Under the pieces are notes generated by a model. It was not told where the DNA came from and ran no database searches. It saw only the letters and a list, made by a program, of their open reading frames with translations. From sequence record PP400777: a stretch of DNA of 64,000 nucleotides, one strand, 5' to 3'. Position 1 is the stretch's first letter; each line of letters opens with the position of its first letter. Positions 11,087-22,223 of the stretch are shown here, in pieces. This DNA is from Escherichia phage JM10. The translations under genes and the position numbers were made by a program.

Positions 11087-14000
11087 ATGGCCGACATCAA
11101 ACGTAAGTTCAGAGCCGAAGACGGTCTGGACGCCGGTGGCGACAAGATTGTTAACGTAGCATTAGCCGACCGTACAGTAGGTACTGATGGCGTAAACGTT
11201 GACTTCCTGGTACAAGAAAACACCGTTCAAGTATATGATTCTACGCGTGGATATAACAAAGGATTTGTTGTTCTTTATGACAACCGTTTATATCAAGCAA
11301 TAAATGATATCGTGTCTCCTTCCGGGGCATTTAACCTTTTACAATGGCGTGCAGTTCGTACTGATGCACAATGGATAACTGTCGCTTCTGGGACTTATCA
11401 ACTTTCTTCAGGTGAATCGATTTCGGTTAACACTGGTGCCGGCAATGATATGGTTTTCACGTTGCCGAATACGCCGGTTGATGGTGATACTGTTGTTTTG
11501 GCTGATATTGGTGGAAGAACCGGGACAGTTAAAGTACAGATTAACGCGTCTGTGCAGAGTATTTTAAACTTTAGAGGTGAACAAGTTCGTACAGTTTTAA
11601 TGACGCGCCCACGTTCACAACTATTGTTTGTGTTTAGTAATCGTTTGTGGCAGATGTATATTATCGATTATGGTAAAGAATCAATCACTGTTACACCTGC
11701 GACACCATATCAAGCACAAGCAAATGATTTTATCGTTCGTCGTTTTACTAGTGCAGCACCAATCAACATTACACTTCCACGTAATGCTAACAATGGTGAT
11801 ATAATCCACCTAGTTGATTTAGATAAATTAAACCCACTGTATCATACAATTGTTAAAACATTTGATGATACAACGTCTATCGGTGAAGTCGGGACTCATA
11901 TTGCCGAAGGCAGAAATGACTCTGACGCGTTTTTTGTTTTTGATGCTGCAAATAGTTTATGGCGTATACGGGAAGGCGACCAGAAATCGCGTCTTCGTAT
12001 TATCCGTGCGGATTCAAATATTCGTCCAAATGAAGAAGTTCTTATTTTTGGCACAAATAACGCTACAACCGGAACTATTAATCTTACGCTGCCTTCTGGA
12101 ATTTTGAGTGGTGACACTGTTAAAATTTCAATGAACTACATGCGTAAAGGCCAAACAGTAAAAATTAAAGCTGCCGAAGGTGATACAATTGCTTCTTCTG
12201 TTGCATTGCTTCAGTTCCCTAAACGTTCTGAATATCCACCTGATGCTCAATGGGTCTCTGTTACTGAACTAGAATTCAATGGCACTACTTCATATGTTCC
12301 TGTATTAGAATTAGCGTATATCGAAGACACCGTTGCTGGTACACGTTATTGGGTTGTTCAACAAAACGTCCCGACTGTAGAACGTGTTGATGCTGGAACT
12401 GATGCTACACGAGCTCGTTTAGGTGTTATTGCTCTTGCTACTCAAGCGCAAGCAAATGTTGATTTAGAGAATACTCCAGCTAAAGAAGTGGCTATTACTC
12501 CTGAAACGTTGGCAAATCGTACAGCAACTGAAACTCGACGCGGTATCGCTAAAATTGCTACAACAGCACAAGTTAATCAGGATTCTACTGCAACATTTGT
12601 GGATGATACTATCGTTACGCCTAAGAAATTAAATGAGCGTACAGCGACTGAAACTCGTCGCGGTTTAGCAGAAATAGCTACTCAAGCAGAGACTGATGCT
12701 GGGACTGATGATACAACTATTATCACTCCTAAGAAATTACAGGCACGTCAGGGTTCAGAAACTCTGTCTGGTATAGTTAAATATGTATCGACTGCTTCAG
12801 CTACTCCTGCTGCTACTCGTGGAACTGCAGGCACTAACGTTTATAATAAAGACACAACTACGTTAACTATTTCGCCTAAAGCTCTCGATCAGTATAAAGC
12901 GACTTCTACTCAACAGGGTGCTACTATTCTGGCTCTTGAAAGTGAAGTAATTGCTGGTCAATCCCAAGCAGGTTATTCTCACGCTGTAGTAACTCCTGAA
13001 ACACTACATAAGAAAACTTCTACTGATGGACGTATTGGTTTAATTGAAATTGCTACGCAAGAAGAAACTAATGCTGGGACTGATTATACACGTGCAGTAA
13101 CGCCTAAGACGTTAAATGATAGGAAAGCTACGGAAGGATTATCCGGCATAGCCGAACTTGCTACGCAAGTTGAATTTGATACTGGAACTGACGATACTCG
13201 TATCTCAACTCCACTGAAAATTAAAACTCATTTTGATTCTTCTGACCGTACCAGTGTTAATTCTGATTCCGGACTTATTGAAGAAGGAACCTTGTGGAAC
13301 CATTATACTCTTGATATTTCTAAAGCAAATGAAACACAACGTGGCACACTTCGCGTAGCGACCCAGGCAGAATCTAATACAGGAACTTTAGATGATGTTC
13401 TTATTACTCCTAAAAAGCTTTTAGGGACTAAGTCCACTGAAACGTCTGAAGGCGTAATTAAGGTTGCTACTCAGGCTGAAACTGTAACAGGAACTTCTGC
13501 TAATACTGCTGTATCTCCAAAAAATTTAAAATGGATTGCGCAGAGTGAACCTACCTGGGCAGCTACTACTGCGATAAGAGGTTTTGTTAAAACTTCATTC
13601 GGTTCTATTACATTTGTTGGCGACGATACTCAAGGTAGTACACAGGACCTGAATCTTTACGAGAAAAATAGTTATGCTATTTCTCCATATGAATTAAATC
13701 GCGTATTAGCAAATTATTTGCCATTGAAAGCTAAAGCTGTAGATAGTAATTTATTAGATGGACTAGATTCATCTCAGTTCATTCGTAGGGATATTGCACA
13801 GACGGTTAATGGTTCACTAACCTTAACCCAACAAACGAATCTGAGTGCCCCTCTTGTATCATCTAGTACTGCTACGTTTGGTGGTTCAGTTTCGGCAAAT
13901 AGTACATTAACTATTTCTAACTCTGGAACAGCAACTCGTCTGATTTTTGAAAAAGGACCTCAAACTGGAACTAACCCAGCGCAGACGATGACTATCAGAG

Positions 14001-14962
14001 TTTGGGGAAATCAGTTTGGCGGCGGATCAGATACATCACGTTCTACTGTATTTGAAGTTGGAGATGAAACATCTAATCACTTTTATTCTCAACGTAATAA
14101 AGCTGGGAATATAACGTTTAGCATTAACGGTACTGTGATGCCGATAAATGTTAACGCTTCAGGTTCTTTGAACGCTAACGGCGTTGCAACATTTGGTAGT
14201 TCAGTTACAGCCAATGGTGAATTCATTAGCAAGTCTGCAAATGCATTTAGAGTAATTAGTGGTGATTACGGATTCTTTATTCGTAATGATGCTGCTAATA
14301 CCTATTTTATGCTCACTGCATCAGGTGATCAGACCGGTGGTTTTAATGGATTACGCCCATTATTAATTAATAATCAATCCGGTCAGATTACAATTGGTGA
14401 AGGCTTAATCGTTGCCAAAGGTGCTACTATAAATTCAGGTGGTTTGACTGTTAACTCGAGAATTCGTTCTCATGGTACTAAAACATCTGATTTATATACC
14501 CGTGCACCAACATCTGATACTGTAGGATTCTGGTCAATAGATATTAACGATTCAGCCACTTATAACCAATTCCCTGGTTATTTTAAAATGGTTGAAAAAA
14601 CTAATGAAGTGACTGGACTTCCATACTTAGAACGTGGCGAAGAAGTTAAATCTCCTGGTACATTGACTCAGTTTGGTAATACACTTGATTCACTTTACCA
14701 AGATTGGATTACTTATCCAACAACTCCAGAAGCACGTACCACTCGCTGGACACGTACATGGCAGAAAACTAAAAATTCTTGGTCAAGTTTTGTTCAGGTA
14801 TTTGATGGAGGTAACCCTCCTCAACCATCTGATATTGGTGCTTTACCATCTGATAATGCTACAATGGGGAATCTTACTATTCGTGATTTCTTAAGGATTG
14901 GTAATGTCCGCATTATTCCAGACCCTGTGAATAAATCTGTTAAATTCGAGTGGATTGAATAA
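11087..14962 (+). CDS. 34: Long tail fibre proximal subunit gp34
   Basis: 1291-aa ORF; repeated TPxxL..R.ATE..RG.A.IATQ.E...GTDD motifs; first gene of the 34-38 late operon. Confidence 0.93.
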   Translation: MADIKRKFRAEDGLDAGGDKIVNVALADRTVGTDGVNVDFLVQENTVQVYDSTRGYNKGFVVLYDNRLYQAINDIVSPSGAFNLLQWRAVRTDAQWITVASGTYQLSSGESISVNTGAGNDMVFTLPNTPVDGDTVVLADIGGRTGTVKVQINASVQSILNFRGEQVRTVLMTRPRSQLLFVFSNRLWQMYIIDYGKESITVTPATPYQAQANDFIVRRFTSAAPINITLPRNANNGDIIHLVDLDKLNPLYHTIVKTFDDTTSIGEVGTHIAEGRNDSDAFFVFDAANSLWRIREGDQKSRLRIIRADSNIRPNEEVLIFGTNNATTGTINLTLPSGILSGDTVKISMNYMRKGQTVKIKAAEGDTIASSVALLQFPKRSEYPPDAQWVSVTELEFNGTTSYVPVLELAYIEDTVAGTRYWVVQQNVPTVERVDAGTDATRARLGVIALATQAQANVDLENTPAKEVAITPETLANRTATETRRGIAKIATTAQVNQDSTATFVDDTIVTPKKLNERTATETRRGLAEIATQAETDAGTDDTTIITPKKLQARQGSETLSGIVKYVSTASATPAATRGTAGTNVYNKDTTTLTISPKALDQYKATSTQQGATILALESEVIAGQSQAGYSHAVVTPETLHKKTSTDGRIGLIEIATQEETNAGTDYTRAVTPKTLNDRKATEGLSGIAELATQVEFDTGTDDTRISTPLKIKTHFDSSDRTSVNSDSGLIEEGTLWNHYTLDISKANETQRGTLRVATQAESNTGTLDDVLITPKKLLGTKSTETSEGVIKVATQAETVTGTSANTAVSPKNLKWIAQSEPTWAATTAIRGFVKTSFGSITFVGDDTQGSTQDLNLYEKNSYAISPYELNRVLANYLPLKAKAVDSNLLDGLDSSQFIRRDIAQTVNGSLTLTQQTNLSAPLVSSSTATFGGSVSANSTLTISNSGTATRLIFEKGPQTGTNPAQTMTIRVWGNQFGGGSDTSRSTVFEVGDETSNHFYSQRNKAGNITFSINGTVMPINVNASGSLNANGVATFGSSVTANGEFISKSANAFRVISGDYGFFIRNDAANTYFMLTASGDQTGGFNGLRPLLINNQSGQITIGEGLIVAKGATINSGGLTVNSRIRSHGTKTSDLYTRAPTSDTVGFWSIDINDSATYNQFPGYFKMVEKTNEVTGLPYLERGEEVKSPGTLTQFGNTLDSLYQDWITYPTTPEARTTRWTRTWQKTKNSWSSFVQVFDGGNPPQPSDIGALPSDNATMGNLTIRDFLRIGNVRIIPDPVNKSVKFEWIE

Positions 14963-14970
14963 GAGGTATT

Positions 14971-16098
14971 ATGGAAAAATTTATGGCTAAGTTTGGACAA
15001 GGATACGTCCAAACGCCATTTTTATCGGAAAGCAATTCAGTACGATTTAAATTAAGCATAGCGGGATCTTGCCCGCTATCAACATCTCCTGCTTATATTA
15101 AGTTCCAGGATAATCCACTTGGGTCCCAGGTTTTTTCTGTTGGATTAAACGTTCGTGTAATAAATCCTACAACAGGTGCAGTAGTTGAATCTAAGTCATA
15201 TAATTTCTCTACTGAAAACGACGCCACGTCAAGTGCATTTGTTACTTACATGGACACATATGCTTCAAATTTTATATTTGCTCTTGTTACTAACGCTAAA
15301 ACAAACTTTCCTCCTGAAGTTCTCGCATGGTTTACCAAAGCTGGGAGTTCTGCTATTCCATTAGCTCAACAAGTTTTAAATATAGTGGACATTTCTTATT
15401 CTGCATTTTATATTTCTGGTAAGAACGCTATAGCACTAGAACATATTAAGTATAGTAATAAGAAAACTTCAACCGACTATAGTACACCACTTGATGTTGT
15501 GTACGACACTATCGATGATATTGGTGCTACCGGCTTCCCTAGTCGTACGTACGAATCGACAGACACATTTTTATCTGCTGTTGGAGGTACTAATAACGAA
15601 ATTAAAAGGATGCCTACAACATCCCTTATTACACCTCTCGCTGGGTATAAATTGAAGCCTGGAGATTTCCTTTATATGAAATTCCAACTAATGGCAGATG
15701 CTGATTTGTTAGCACAAGGGACGACACGACTTTCTATTCGTTTCTTTAAATCTCCTTCTACTTCACCTATTTCATTTAAGGATATAAACTTTGATGGGGG
15801 TGCAGGTGAATGGAAGATATATGAAGACTACATAGAAATTCCTGCTGGTGCTGACGGGTTCACGATTTATTGTTATCGTACAGCTCCAGTCGGGCAAGGC
15901 GGATTAAGAAACGTTATATTCACTGAAGTGTCATGTAATGGAAGCGTTTCAAAACCTGCTGAGTTTGGTATAAATGGTATTCGTGTAAATTATGTTTCAG
16001 AATCTTTAAGTGCCCCAGACATAATGACATTACCTACTCAATCTTCAACTGATACTGGTAAGGTATTTGGACAAGAATTTAAAGAAGCATCAGAATAA
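14971..16098 (+). CDS. 35: Long tail fibre hinge connector gp35
   Basis: 375-aa ORF immediately after gene 34. Confidence 0.85.
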   Translation: MEKFMAKFGQGYVQTPFLSESNSVRFKLSIAGSCPLSTSPAYIKFQDNPLGSQVFSVGLNVRVINPTTGAVVESKSYNFSTENDATSSAFVTYMDTYASNFIFALVTNAKTNFPPEVLAWFTKAGSSAIPLAQQVLNIVDISYSAFYISGKNAIALEHIKYSNKKTSTDYSTPLDVVYDTIDDIGATGFPSRTYESTDTFLSAVGGTNNEIKRMPTTSLITPLAGYKLKPGDFLYMKFQLMADADLLAQGTTRLSIRFFKSPSTSPISFKDINFDGGAGEWKIYEDYIEIPAGADGFTIYCYRTAPVGQGGLRNVIFTEVSCNGSVSKPAEFGINGIRVNYVSESLSAPDIMTLPTQSSTDTGKVFGQEFKEASE

Positions 16099-16103
16099 AT
16101 TTA

Positions 16104-16128
16104 GGGAGACTTCGGTCTCCCATTTTTG
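16104..16128 (+). terminator. Rho-independent terminator after gene 35
   Basis: GGGAGAC-UUCG-GUCUCCC hairpin followed by AUUUUUG. Confidence 0.75.
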
Positions 16129-16136
16129 TATAAATA
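16129..16136 (+). promoter_or_regulatory. T4-type late promoter (TATAAATA) for gene 36
   Basis: Exact TATAAATA about 25 nt upstream of the gene 36 ATG, AAGGAG Shine-Dalgarno. Confidence 0.7.
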
Positions 16137-16160
16137 TGGTATACATATAAGGAGACAACT

Positions 16161-16823
16161 ATGGCCGATTTAAAAGCTGGTAGTACAACTGGCGGTGCTG
16201 TTATATGGCATCAAGGTAATTTCCCTTTAATGCCAGCAGGTGATGACGTCCTGTATAAAACGTTTAAACTCTATTCAGAATATAATAAACCACAAGCTGC
16301 TGATAACGATTTCGTTTCTAAAGCTAATGGTGGTACTTACGCTGCAACTGTTCGATTTAACGGAGGCGTACATGTTCCTACTGTAGGTAGTAGTCAACAG
16401 TGTGGTGTTTATCCAGGTAACGGTGATGCAGCTACTTTTGATATGGCAAATATTGACATCGTTTCGTGGAATGGTATTGGTTTTAAGTCATCACAAGGTT
16501 CAGCAGACCGAACTGTTGTTATTAACGCTCGTACCGGTGATATTAATACGAAAGGCGTTGTATCTGCTTCAGGACAAGTAAGAAGCGATATGACTGCTCC
16601 GGTTGCAGCAAATGATCTCACAAGAAAAGATTATGTTGATGGACGAATAAATATTGTTACGGATAACGCAAATTCCCGTGTATTGCGTAAAGGCGATACA
16701 ATGACTGGTACTTTAACAGCACCAAACTTTTTCTCACAGAATCCGGCGTCTGAGGCTAATCATGTTCCTCGTTTCGACCAGATTGTAATTAAAGATTCTG
16801 TTCAAGATTTCGGCTATTATTAA
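16161..16823 (+). CDS. 36: Long tail fibre distal connector gp36
   Basis: 220-aa ORF in the T4 position. Confidence 0.85.
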   Translation: MADLKAGSTTGGAVIWHQGNFPLMPAGDDVLYKTFKLYSEYNKPQAADNDFVSKANGGTYAATVRFNGGVHVPTVGSSQQCGVYPGNGDAATFDMANIDIVSWNGIGFKSSQGSADRTVVINARTGDINTKGVVSASGQVRSDMTAPVAANDLTRKDYVDGRINIVTDNANSRVLRKGDTMTGTLTAPNFFSQNPASEANHVPRFDQIVIKDSVQDFGYY

Positions 16824-16831
16824 GAGGACTT

Positions 16832-19800
16832 ATGGCTACTTTAAAACAAATACAATTTAAAAGAAGCAAAACCGCAGGTGCACGTCCTGCTGCTTCAGTA
16901 TTAGCCGAAGGTGAATTGGCTATAAACTTAAAAGATAGAACAATTTTTACTAAAGATGATACAGGAAATATCATTGATCTAGGTATTGCTAAAGGCGGTC
17001 AAATTGATGGAAATGTAACTATTGATGGAACTTTACGCGTCAATGGACCAATAAACAACTTTGGAAATTTTTCTACAAGTGGTACTATTACGGCAAGTAA
17101 TATTGTTTCTGCTACAGTATTCAGATCAACATCCGGTTCATTTTATACAAGAGCAATAAATGATACTGCAAAGGCCCATCTTTGGTTTGAAAATACAAAT
17201 GGCTCAGAACGTGGCGTTTTATATTCAAACCCGCAGTCTGAAAATGAAGGCGTAATTACAATGCGTGTTCGTCAAGGAACCGCTGCGGAAGCTCAAAATT
17301 CAGAATTTCATTTCATTTCTACTGATGGCGGTATCTTCCAGGCACGCAAATTAACTGCTTTAACTTCTATTAGTACACCAACTATTAGTGTTAATTTAAT
17401 TAATCATGATTCTAAATCATTTGGACAATATGATTCACAATCTTTGGTTAACTATGTTTATCCTGGAACTGGTGAAACGAATGGTGTAAACTATCTTCGT
17501 AAAGTTTGCGCTACGTCCGGTGGTACAATTTATCATGAAATTGTTACTGCACAAAAAGGCCTGTCTGATGAAGTTTCTTGGTGGACTGGTAATACACCAT
17601 TATTTAAACTATATGGTATTCGTAGCGACGGCAGACTGATTATCCGCAATAGCCTGGCCATCGGTACTGTGACGGGAGGGTTTCCGTCAAGCGATTATGG
17701 CAATGTTGAGGCACTAGGAAATATATTTCTTGCTTTAGGTGATAACGGGACAGGTTTACGCTATCGAAAAACCGGGGTATTTGATTTCGTTGGTTCTGGA
17801 CTATCTGTCGCATCTATTACACCTGACAGTTTCCGTAGTACTCGTAAAGGTATATTTGGTCGTTCCGAGGACCAAGGCGCAACTTGGATAATGCCTGGGA
17901 CCAACGCCGCGTTTTTAACGGTTCAAACACAGGCTGATGAAAACACTGCTGGAGACGGTCAAACCCATATTGGATATAATTCTGGCGGGAAAATGTCCCA
18001 CTATTTCCGTGGTAAAGGCCAAACTAATATTAATACTCAAGAAGGCATGGAAGTTAACCCGGGTATTTTGAAATTGGTAACTGGCTCTAATAACGTACAG
18101 TTTTATGCTAACGGAACAGTATCTTCAATACAAAGAATTAAATTTGATAATGGATTAGTTCTTACTGGTGCTAGACCCGATGGTATTCAACTTGATGCTC
18201 CTACAACAACAGATGGCACTAAAACTATATTGTGGGCCGGCGGTACTCGTGAGGGTCAGAATAAAAGTTATGTATCTATTAAAGCATGGGGTAATTCATT
18301 TAACGCATCTGGCGATCGTAATCGTGAAACGGTTTTTGAAGTAGCTGATGGACAAGGATATTATTTCTACGCTCAACGTACTAATCCTGCGTCAGGTCAA
18401 ACAGTAGGTCCGGTTAACTTTAAATTTAACGGAACTGTCGAAACAGGCCATATCATAGGCCTTGGTAATATAAGTGCCTCCGGTACAGGTTCTTTTGGTG
18501 GCAATGTTACTATGTCTAACGGTTTGTTTGTCCAAGGTGGTTCTTCTATTACTGGACAAGTTAAAATCGGCGGAACAGCTGATGCATTAAGAATTTGGAA
18601 TGCTGAATACGGGGCTATTTTCCGTCGTTCTGAAGATAAACTTTATATTATTCCAACTCCACAAAATGCTGGTGAATCAGGTGGTATTTCTAATTTACGT
18701 CCATTTACCATGACTCTTAGTACTGGTAAAATGGAATTTAAACATGATGTTGGACTTGGTGATAACGGCTCCGGTGGAAGCATATTATTTGTAGATAACA
18801 CTAACAAAGCCACTACTAATAACGGTCGTTTATACGTTAATATGACAAGTGATGCTATAGTGCTTAATGCTCCTACACAAGAAACATCTAACTTTATCCA
18901 AGGACGCAAAGCTAACGTCACTAAATGGTATGTTGGTATTGGCGACAGTGGTGATTCTGTTCGTATGCATAGCTATGCATATTCCCACGGCTTGGTATTA
19001 AGTGCTAACTCCGTTGATATTACTAAACCGTTAAAAGTTGGTAATGCTCAATTCGGTACTGATGGTAATATCACCGGTGGTTCTGGTAACTTTGCCAACT
19101 TGAACACCACAATAAATAACCTTAAGACGGATATCGTCTCAAGTTATCCAATTGGCGCTCCGATTCCTTGGCCAACGGATACTCCTCCTGACGGTTACGC
19201 TATTATGGAAGGTCAGACTTTTGATAAGTCTGCATACCCAAAATTGGCTATGGCTTACCCATCTGGCGCTCTGCCTGATATGCGTGGTCAAACTATCAAG
19301 GGTAAACCATCTGGGCGTGCTGTATTAAGTACAGAAGCCGATGGTGTTAAGTCACATAGCCATAGTGCAAGTGCATCAAGCACAGATTTGGGTACTAAAA
19401 ACACATCAAGTTTTGATTATGGTACTAAAACCTCTTCAAGCTTTGATTATGGTACGAAGACTAGCAATACAACAGGTAACCATAACCATACAGTAAGCGG
19501 TACTACTGGTGCAGCAGGTAACCACCAGCACTCACAAACCGGTCCAAGGGGTCCTAATAATCAACCAACAGGAATATTTCCTAATGGATCTACTCTAATT
19601 AGTGGAACCCAGGTTGTTGGTTTTGGCCTAAGCAACGGTGTCGTGCCTGGTTCAAGCCAATATATTGCAAAGTCATCGACAGAAGGTAACCATACACACT
19701 CTTGGTCTGGTACTACTAGCTCTACGGGTAACCATGCTCATACTGTAGGTATTGGTGCTCACACTCACACGGTAGGTATTGGTGCTCATTCTCATACTGT

Positions 19801-19903
19801 TGCAATTGGTTCCCATGGACATACAATAACTGTAAATGCCACAGGAAATACAGAAAACACAGTTAAAAACGTTGCTTTTAACTATATCGTTCGTTTAGCA
19901 TAA
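16832..19903 (+). CDS. 37: Long tail fibre distal subunit gp37 (receptor-binding)
   Basis: 1023-aa ORF; C-terminal Gly/Ser-rich variable region with repeated HxH boxes ([40 protein letters not shown]), typical of T4-type gp37 tips. Confidence 0.93.
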   Translation: MATLKQIQFKRSKTAGARPAASVLAEGELAINLKDRTIFTKDDTGNIIDLGIAKGGQIDGNVTIDGTLRVNGPINNFGNFSTSGTITASNIVSATVFRSTSGSFYTRAINDTAKAHLWFENTNGSERGVLYSNPQSENEGVITMRVRQGTAAEAQNSEFHFISTDGGIFQARKLTALTSISTPTISVNLINHDSKSFGQYDSQSLVNYVYPGTGETNGVNYLRKVCATSGGTIYHEIVTAQKGLSDEVSWWTGNTPLFKLYGIRSDGRLIIRNSLAIGTVTGGFPSSDYGNVEALGNIFLALGDNGTGLRYRKTGVFDFVGSGLSVASITPDSFRSTRKGIFGRSEDQGATWIMPGTNAAFLTVQTQADENTAGDGQTHIGYNSGGKMSHYFRGKGQTNINTQEGMEVNPGILKLVTGSNNVQFYANGTVSSIQRIKFDNGLVLTGARPDGIQLDAPTTTDGTKTILWAGGTREGQNKSYVSIKAWGNSFNASGDRNRETVFEVADGQGYYFYAQRTNPASGQTVGPVNFKFNGTVETGHIIGLGNISASGTGSFGGNVTMSNGLFVQGGSSITGQVKIGGTADALRIWNAEYGAIFRRSEDKLYIIPTPQNAGESGGISNLRPFTMTLSTGKMEFKHDVGLGDNGSGGSILFVDNTNKATTNNGRLYVNMTSDAIVLNAPTQETSNFIQGRKANVTKWYVGIGDSGDSVRMHSYAYSHGLVLSANSVDITKPLKVGNAQFGTDGNITGGSGNFANLNTTINNLKTDIVSSYPIGAPIPWPTDTPPDGYAIMEGQTFDKSAYPKLAMAYPSGALPDMRGQTIKGKPSGRAVLSTEADGVKSHSHSASASSTDLGTKNTSSFDYGTKTSSSFDYGTKTSNTTGNHNHTVSGTTGAAGNHQHSQTGPRGPNNQPTGIFPNGSTLISGTQVVGFGLSNGVVPGSSQYIAKSSTEGNHTHSWSGTTSSTGNHAHTVGIGAHTHTVGIGAHSHTVAIGSHGHTITVNATGNTENTVKNVAFNYIVRLA

Positions 19904-19933
19904 GGAGAAGGGACTTCTGTCCCTTTTTATAAT
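19902..19933 (+). promoter_or_regulatory. Structured (split) ribosome-binding site of gene 38
   Basis: AAGGAG lies about 27 nt upstream of the ATG with hairpin AGGGAC-UUCU-GUCCCU between; folding would bring the SD to normal spacing, as described for T4 gene 38. Confidence 0.6.
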
Positions 19934-20485
19934 ATGAAACTCTATCACTATTATTTTGACACTAAAGAATTTTACAAAGAAGAAAATTATAAACCATTAA
20001 AAGGCGTAGGATTTCCGGCTCATTCGACACCAAAAAAACCTTTAGACCCTAAAGAAGGCTATGCTGTTGTATTTGATGAACGCGAACAAGAATGGGTATA
20101 TGTTGAAGACCATCGTGGAAAAACAGTATGGACTTATGATAAGCAAAAAATTGTTATTGACACTCCAGGTGCTCTTCAAAATGTTACTACAGAAGAACCC
20201 GGTGAATTTGACATTTGGACCGACGACGGGTGGAAGGAAGATGAAGCATATAAACGCGTAGTTCAACGTGATAAGAAAATTCATGAACTCTATAAATTAT
20301 TCAGTGTTTTAAGTTCTCTTATCGACGCAGAGGTTGCTAATAGAGAAGAAAAACGAAAATTTAAAGAGCTCAAAAAATTCTTTGCCCTTTTAGAAAAACA
20401 TGAACATCTTGGCGGCGAATTCCCTAAATTCCCTGACCTTGAAAATAAATCTATTATCAAAGCGATTATAAATATCTTTAAGTAA
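19934..20485 (+). CDS. 38: Tail fibre assembly chaperone gp38
   Basis: 183-aa ORF following gene 37, same length as T4 gp38. Confidence 0.8.
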   Translation: MKLYHYYFDTKEFYKEENYKPLKGVGFPAHSTPKKPLDPKEGYAVVFDEREQEWVYVEDHRGKTVWTYDKQKIVIDTPGALQNVTTEEPGEFDIWTDDGWKEDEAYKRVVQRDKKIHELYKLFSVLSSLIDAEVANREEKRKFKELKKFFALLEKHEHLGGEFPKFPDLENKSIIKAIINIFK

Positions 20486-20494
20486 GGAGGTATT

Positions 20495-21154
20495 ATGGCA
20501 ACACCAAAAGTGTCATTTTCGCCTGGTGATATTCTATTTGGGTTGCTAGATCGTATTTTCAAAGATAACGCTACTGGAAAGGTTTTAATGTCCCGAGTAG
20601 CGGTAATTATTCTTTTGTTCCTAATGGCACTAATATGGTACAAAGGAAGTATTTTGCTGGATTATTATGTAAGAGCTAAGTATGATACTTATACTGAAAT
20701 AATCCAAAAAGAACGAGCTTTACGTTTTGAATCTGCGGCTCTAGAACAACTGCAAATAGTTCATATCTCATCTGGTGCAGATTTTAGTGCTGTGTATTCT
20801 TTCAGACCTAAAAACTTAAATTATTTTGTCGACCTTATAGCTTATGAAGGCAAACTACCTAGCACAATTTCTGAAAAGTCCCTTGGCGGATTCCCAGTGG
20901 ATAAAACGGCCAATGAATATATAATTCATTTAAGTGGCCGTCATTTCTCATCTAAATCAGAATTTGCATTTTTGCCTACAAAATCTAAGACTGCCGAACT
21001 TTCTTATATGTATAGTTGTCCATACTTTAATTTGGATAACATCTATGCTGGAACTGTGACGATGTATTGGTATAAGGGGAGTAATATACTTGAGGAAGAT
21101 CGCTTAGCGGCTATATGCAACCAAGCGATCCGAATACTAGGAAGGGCTAAATAA
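20495..21154 (+). CDS. t: Holin T
   Basis: MATPKVSFSPGDILFGLLDRIFKDNATGKVLMSRVAVIILLF... single N-terminal TM segment and large periplasmic domain; 219 aa. Confidence 0.93.
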   Translation: MATPKVSFSPGDILFGLLDRIFKDNATGKVLMSRVAVIILLFLMALIWYKGSILLDYYVRAKYDTYTEIIQKERALRFESAALEQLQIVHISSGADFSAVYSFRPKNLNYFVDLIAYEGKLPSTISEKSLGGFPVDKTANEYIIHLSGRHFSSKSEFAFLPTKSKTAELSYMYSCPYFNLDNIYAGTVTMYWYKGSNILEEDRLAAICNQAIRILGRAK

Positions 21155-21427
21155 TTAGTTGTTAGAATACATCGCTAAATGACGATAAATATTTTCAAAA
21201 CCTTCATTGAATTCACTAATCAGTGTTTTCTTTTCTTCGGCAGTTAAATTTGTAATTAGTTTTCTGAACGAATTCTGATTTAGCTGCCGACCATCTTTTT
21301 TAATTCCAATCTCATTCAAGAATCCGATGAAACTTGCTCGGTCTTCAACAATATCTTCCCTAGAGAATTTAATCAAAATAGAAGCAATAGTAATAATTTC
21401 ACGTACGATTTCAATGTCTTTATTCAT
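21155..21427 (-). CDS. asiA: Anti-sigma70 factor AsiA
   Basis: MNKDIEIVREIITIASILIKFSREDIVEDRASFIGFLNEIG...; 90 aa. Confidence 0.9.
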   Translation of the reverse strand: MNKDIEIVREIITIASILIKFSREDIVEDRASFIGFLNEIGIKKDGRQLNQNSFRKLITNLTAEEKKTLISEFNEGFENIYRHLAMYSNN

Positions 21428-21473
21428 AACGTTTTATTCATTCCACTTAATTGATAGGAGTATAGTACCATTA

Positions 21474-21689
21474 TCAGTGTTGATTGTAAACGGCTTTTTC
21501 TACGCTTTTAACGTAATTGGTATAGTCTTCCTGTTCGTACGAGTGTAAGGCCAAGAACAGAGCTAATAGTTCATTATAGACTAAAGCCTCACGCTCACGT
21601 TCGGCCTCTACTACGTTCTGAAGATTATGGCTCATATTGTTCCTTATAACTATCAATGTAGTCCTGTATGTCAAAGAATGACATTTCAT
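21474..21689 (-). CDS. Hypothetical small protein
   Basis: ORF in the asiA-motA early cluster; true start may be the internal ATG at about 21635. Confidence 0.4.
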   Translation of the reverse strand: MKCHSLTYRTTLIVIRNNMSHNLQNVVEAEREREALVYNELLALFLALHSYEQEDYTNYVKSVEKAVYNQH

Positions 21690-21924
21690 ATTCTAGGACA
21701 TTAAGAGCCTGTTCTTCAGTGTAGTCAGAACCAAATACGATAGTGATTTCACCGGGTTTAGAATGACTGAAATCAACACTAAACTCAATTCGAGAACAGA
21801 CTTCATCTTCCATATCTACGATAACACTACGACACACTTCTCGGTTAACCTGATAAAGCTCTGCAAGTTCTTCACATCGAATAACAAGTTCAGTGGCAGG
21901 ATTTTCTTTGATTTTAGTAAGCAT
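21625..21924 (-). CDS. Hypothetical highly acidic protein (about 99 aa)
   Basis: Listed 128-aa ORF trimmed to the internal ATG; D/E-rich (EELAELYQ, DMEDEV, DYTEEQ, DYIDSYKEQYEP); the composition resembles DNA-mimic anti-restriction proteins (T4 Arn lies in this region) but I cannot confirm homology. Confidence 0.4.
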   Translation of the reverse strand: MLTKIKENPATELVIRCEELAELYQVNREVCRSVIVDMEDEVCSRIEFSVDFSHSKPGEITIVFGSDYTEEQALNVLEYEMSFFDIQDYIDSYKEQYEP

Positions 21925-22007
21925 AGTCTTTACCCTTATGTTTTTGTTTGCGTTTAGATTGAAGTTCTGATTTCTTCTTGTCCTTATGGACAGAAGCCTT
22001 ATTGAAA

Positions 22008-22223
22008 TCATGTTTTGCTACAAGATTGTTCATAATGATTTATAACCTCGTTTAAACATTTGTCTGTGAAAGAAAACTTTTTAGCCACAGAACATTCGAT
22101 AATGTGTTCTTTCAAATCTTTAGAGACAGTATAATCCATCTCAGTAATAAAGTGGCGAATTAAAGCTTTATTCTTATCATTAACAGAATTAAAATAATCT
22201 GCTTTAGAATCAATTATTCTCAT
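22008..22223 (-). CDS. Hypothetical small protein
   Basis: 71-aa ORF overlapping neighbours by a few nt (operon-style packing). Confidence 0.45.
   Translation of the reverse strand: MRIIDSKADYFNSVNDKNKALIRHFITEMDYTVSKDLKEHIIECSVAKKFSFTDKCLNEVINHYEQSCSKT

Noticed and set aside
11850-12117. ORFs 11850..12107 (+) and 11896..12117 (-) inside gene 34, and 18643..18921 (-) inside gene 37
   Set aside because: Alternative-frame or antisense ORFs inside long, clearly coding tail-fibre genes
12400-13520. Periodic repeats in gene 34 considered as a possible CRISPR-like or tandem-repeat array
   Set aside because: The repeats are in-frame protein motifs inside one long ORF, with variable spacing and no spacer/repeat structure
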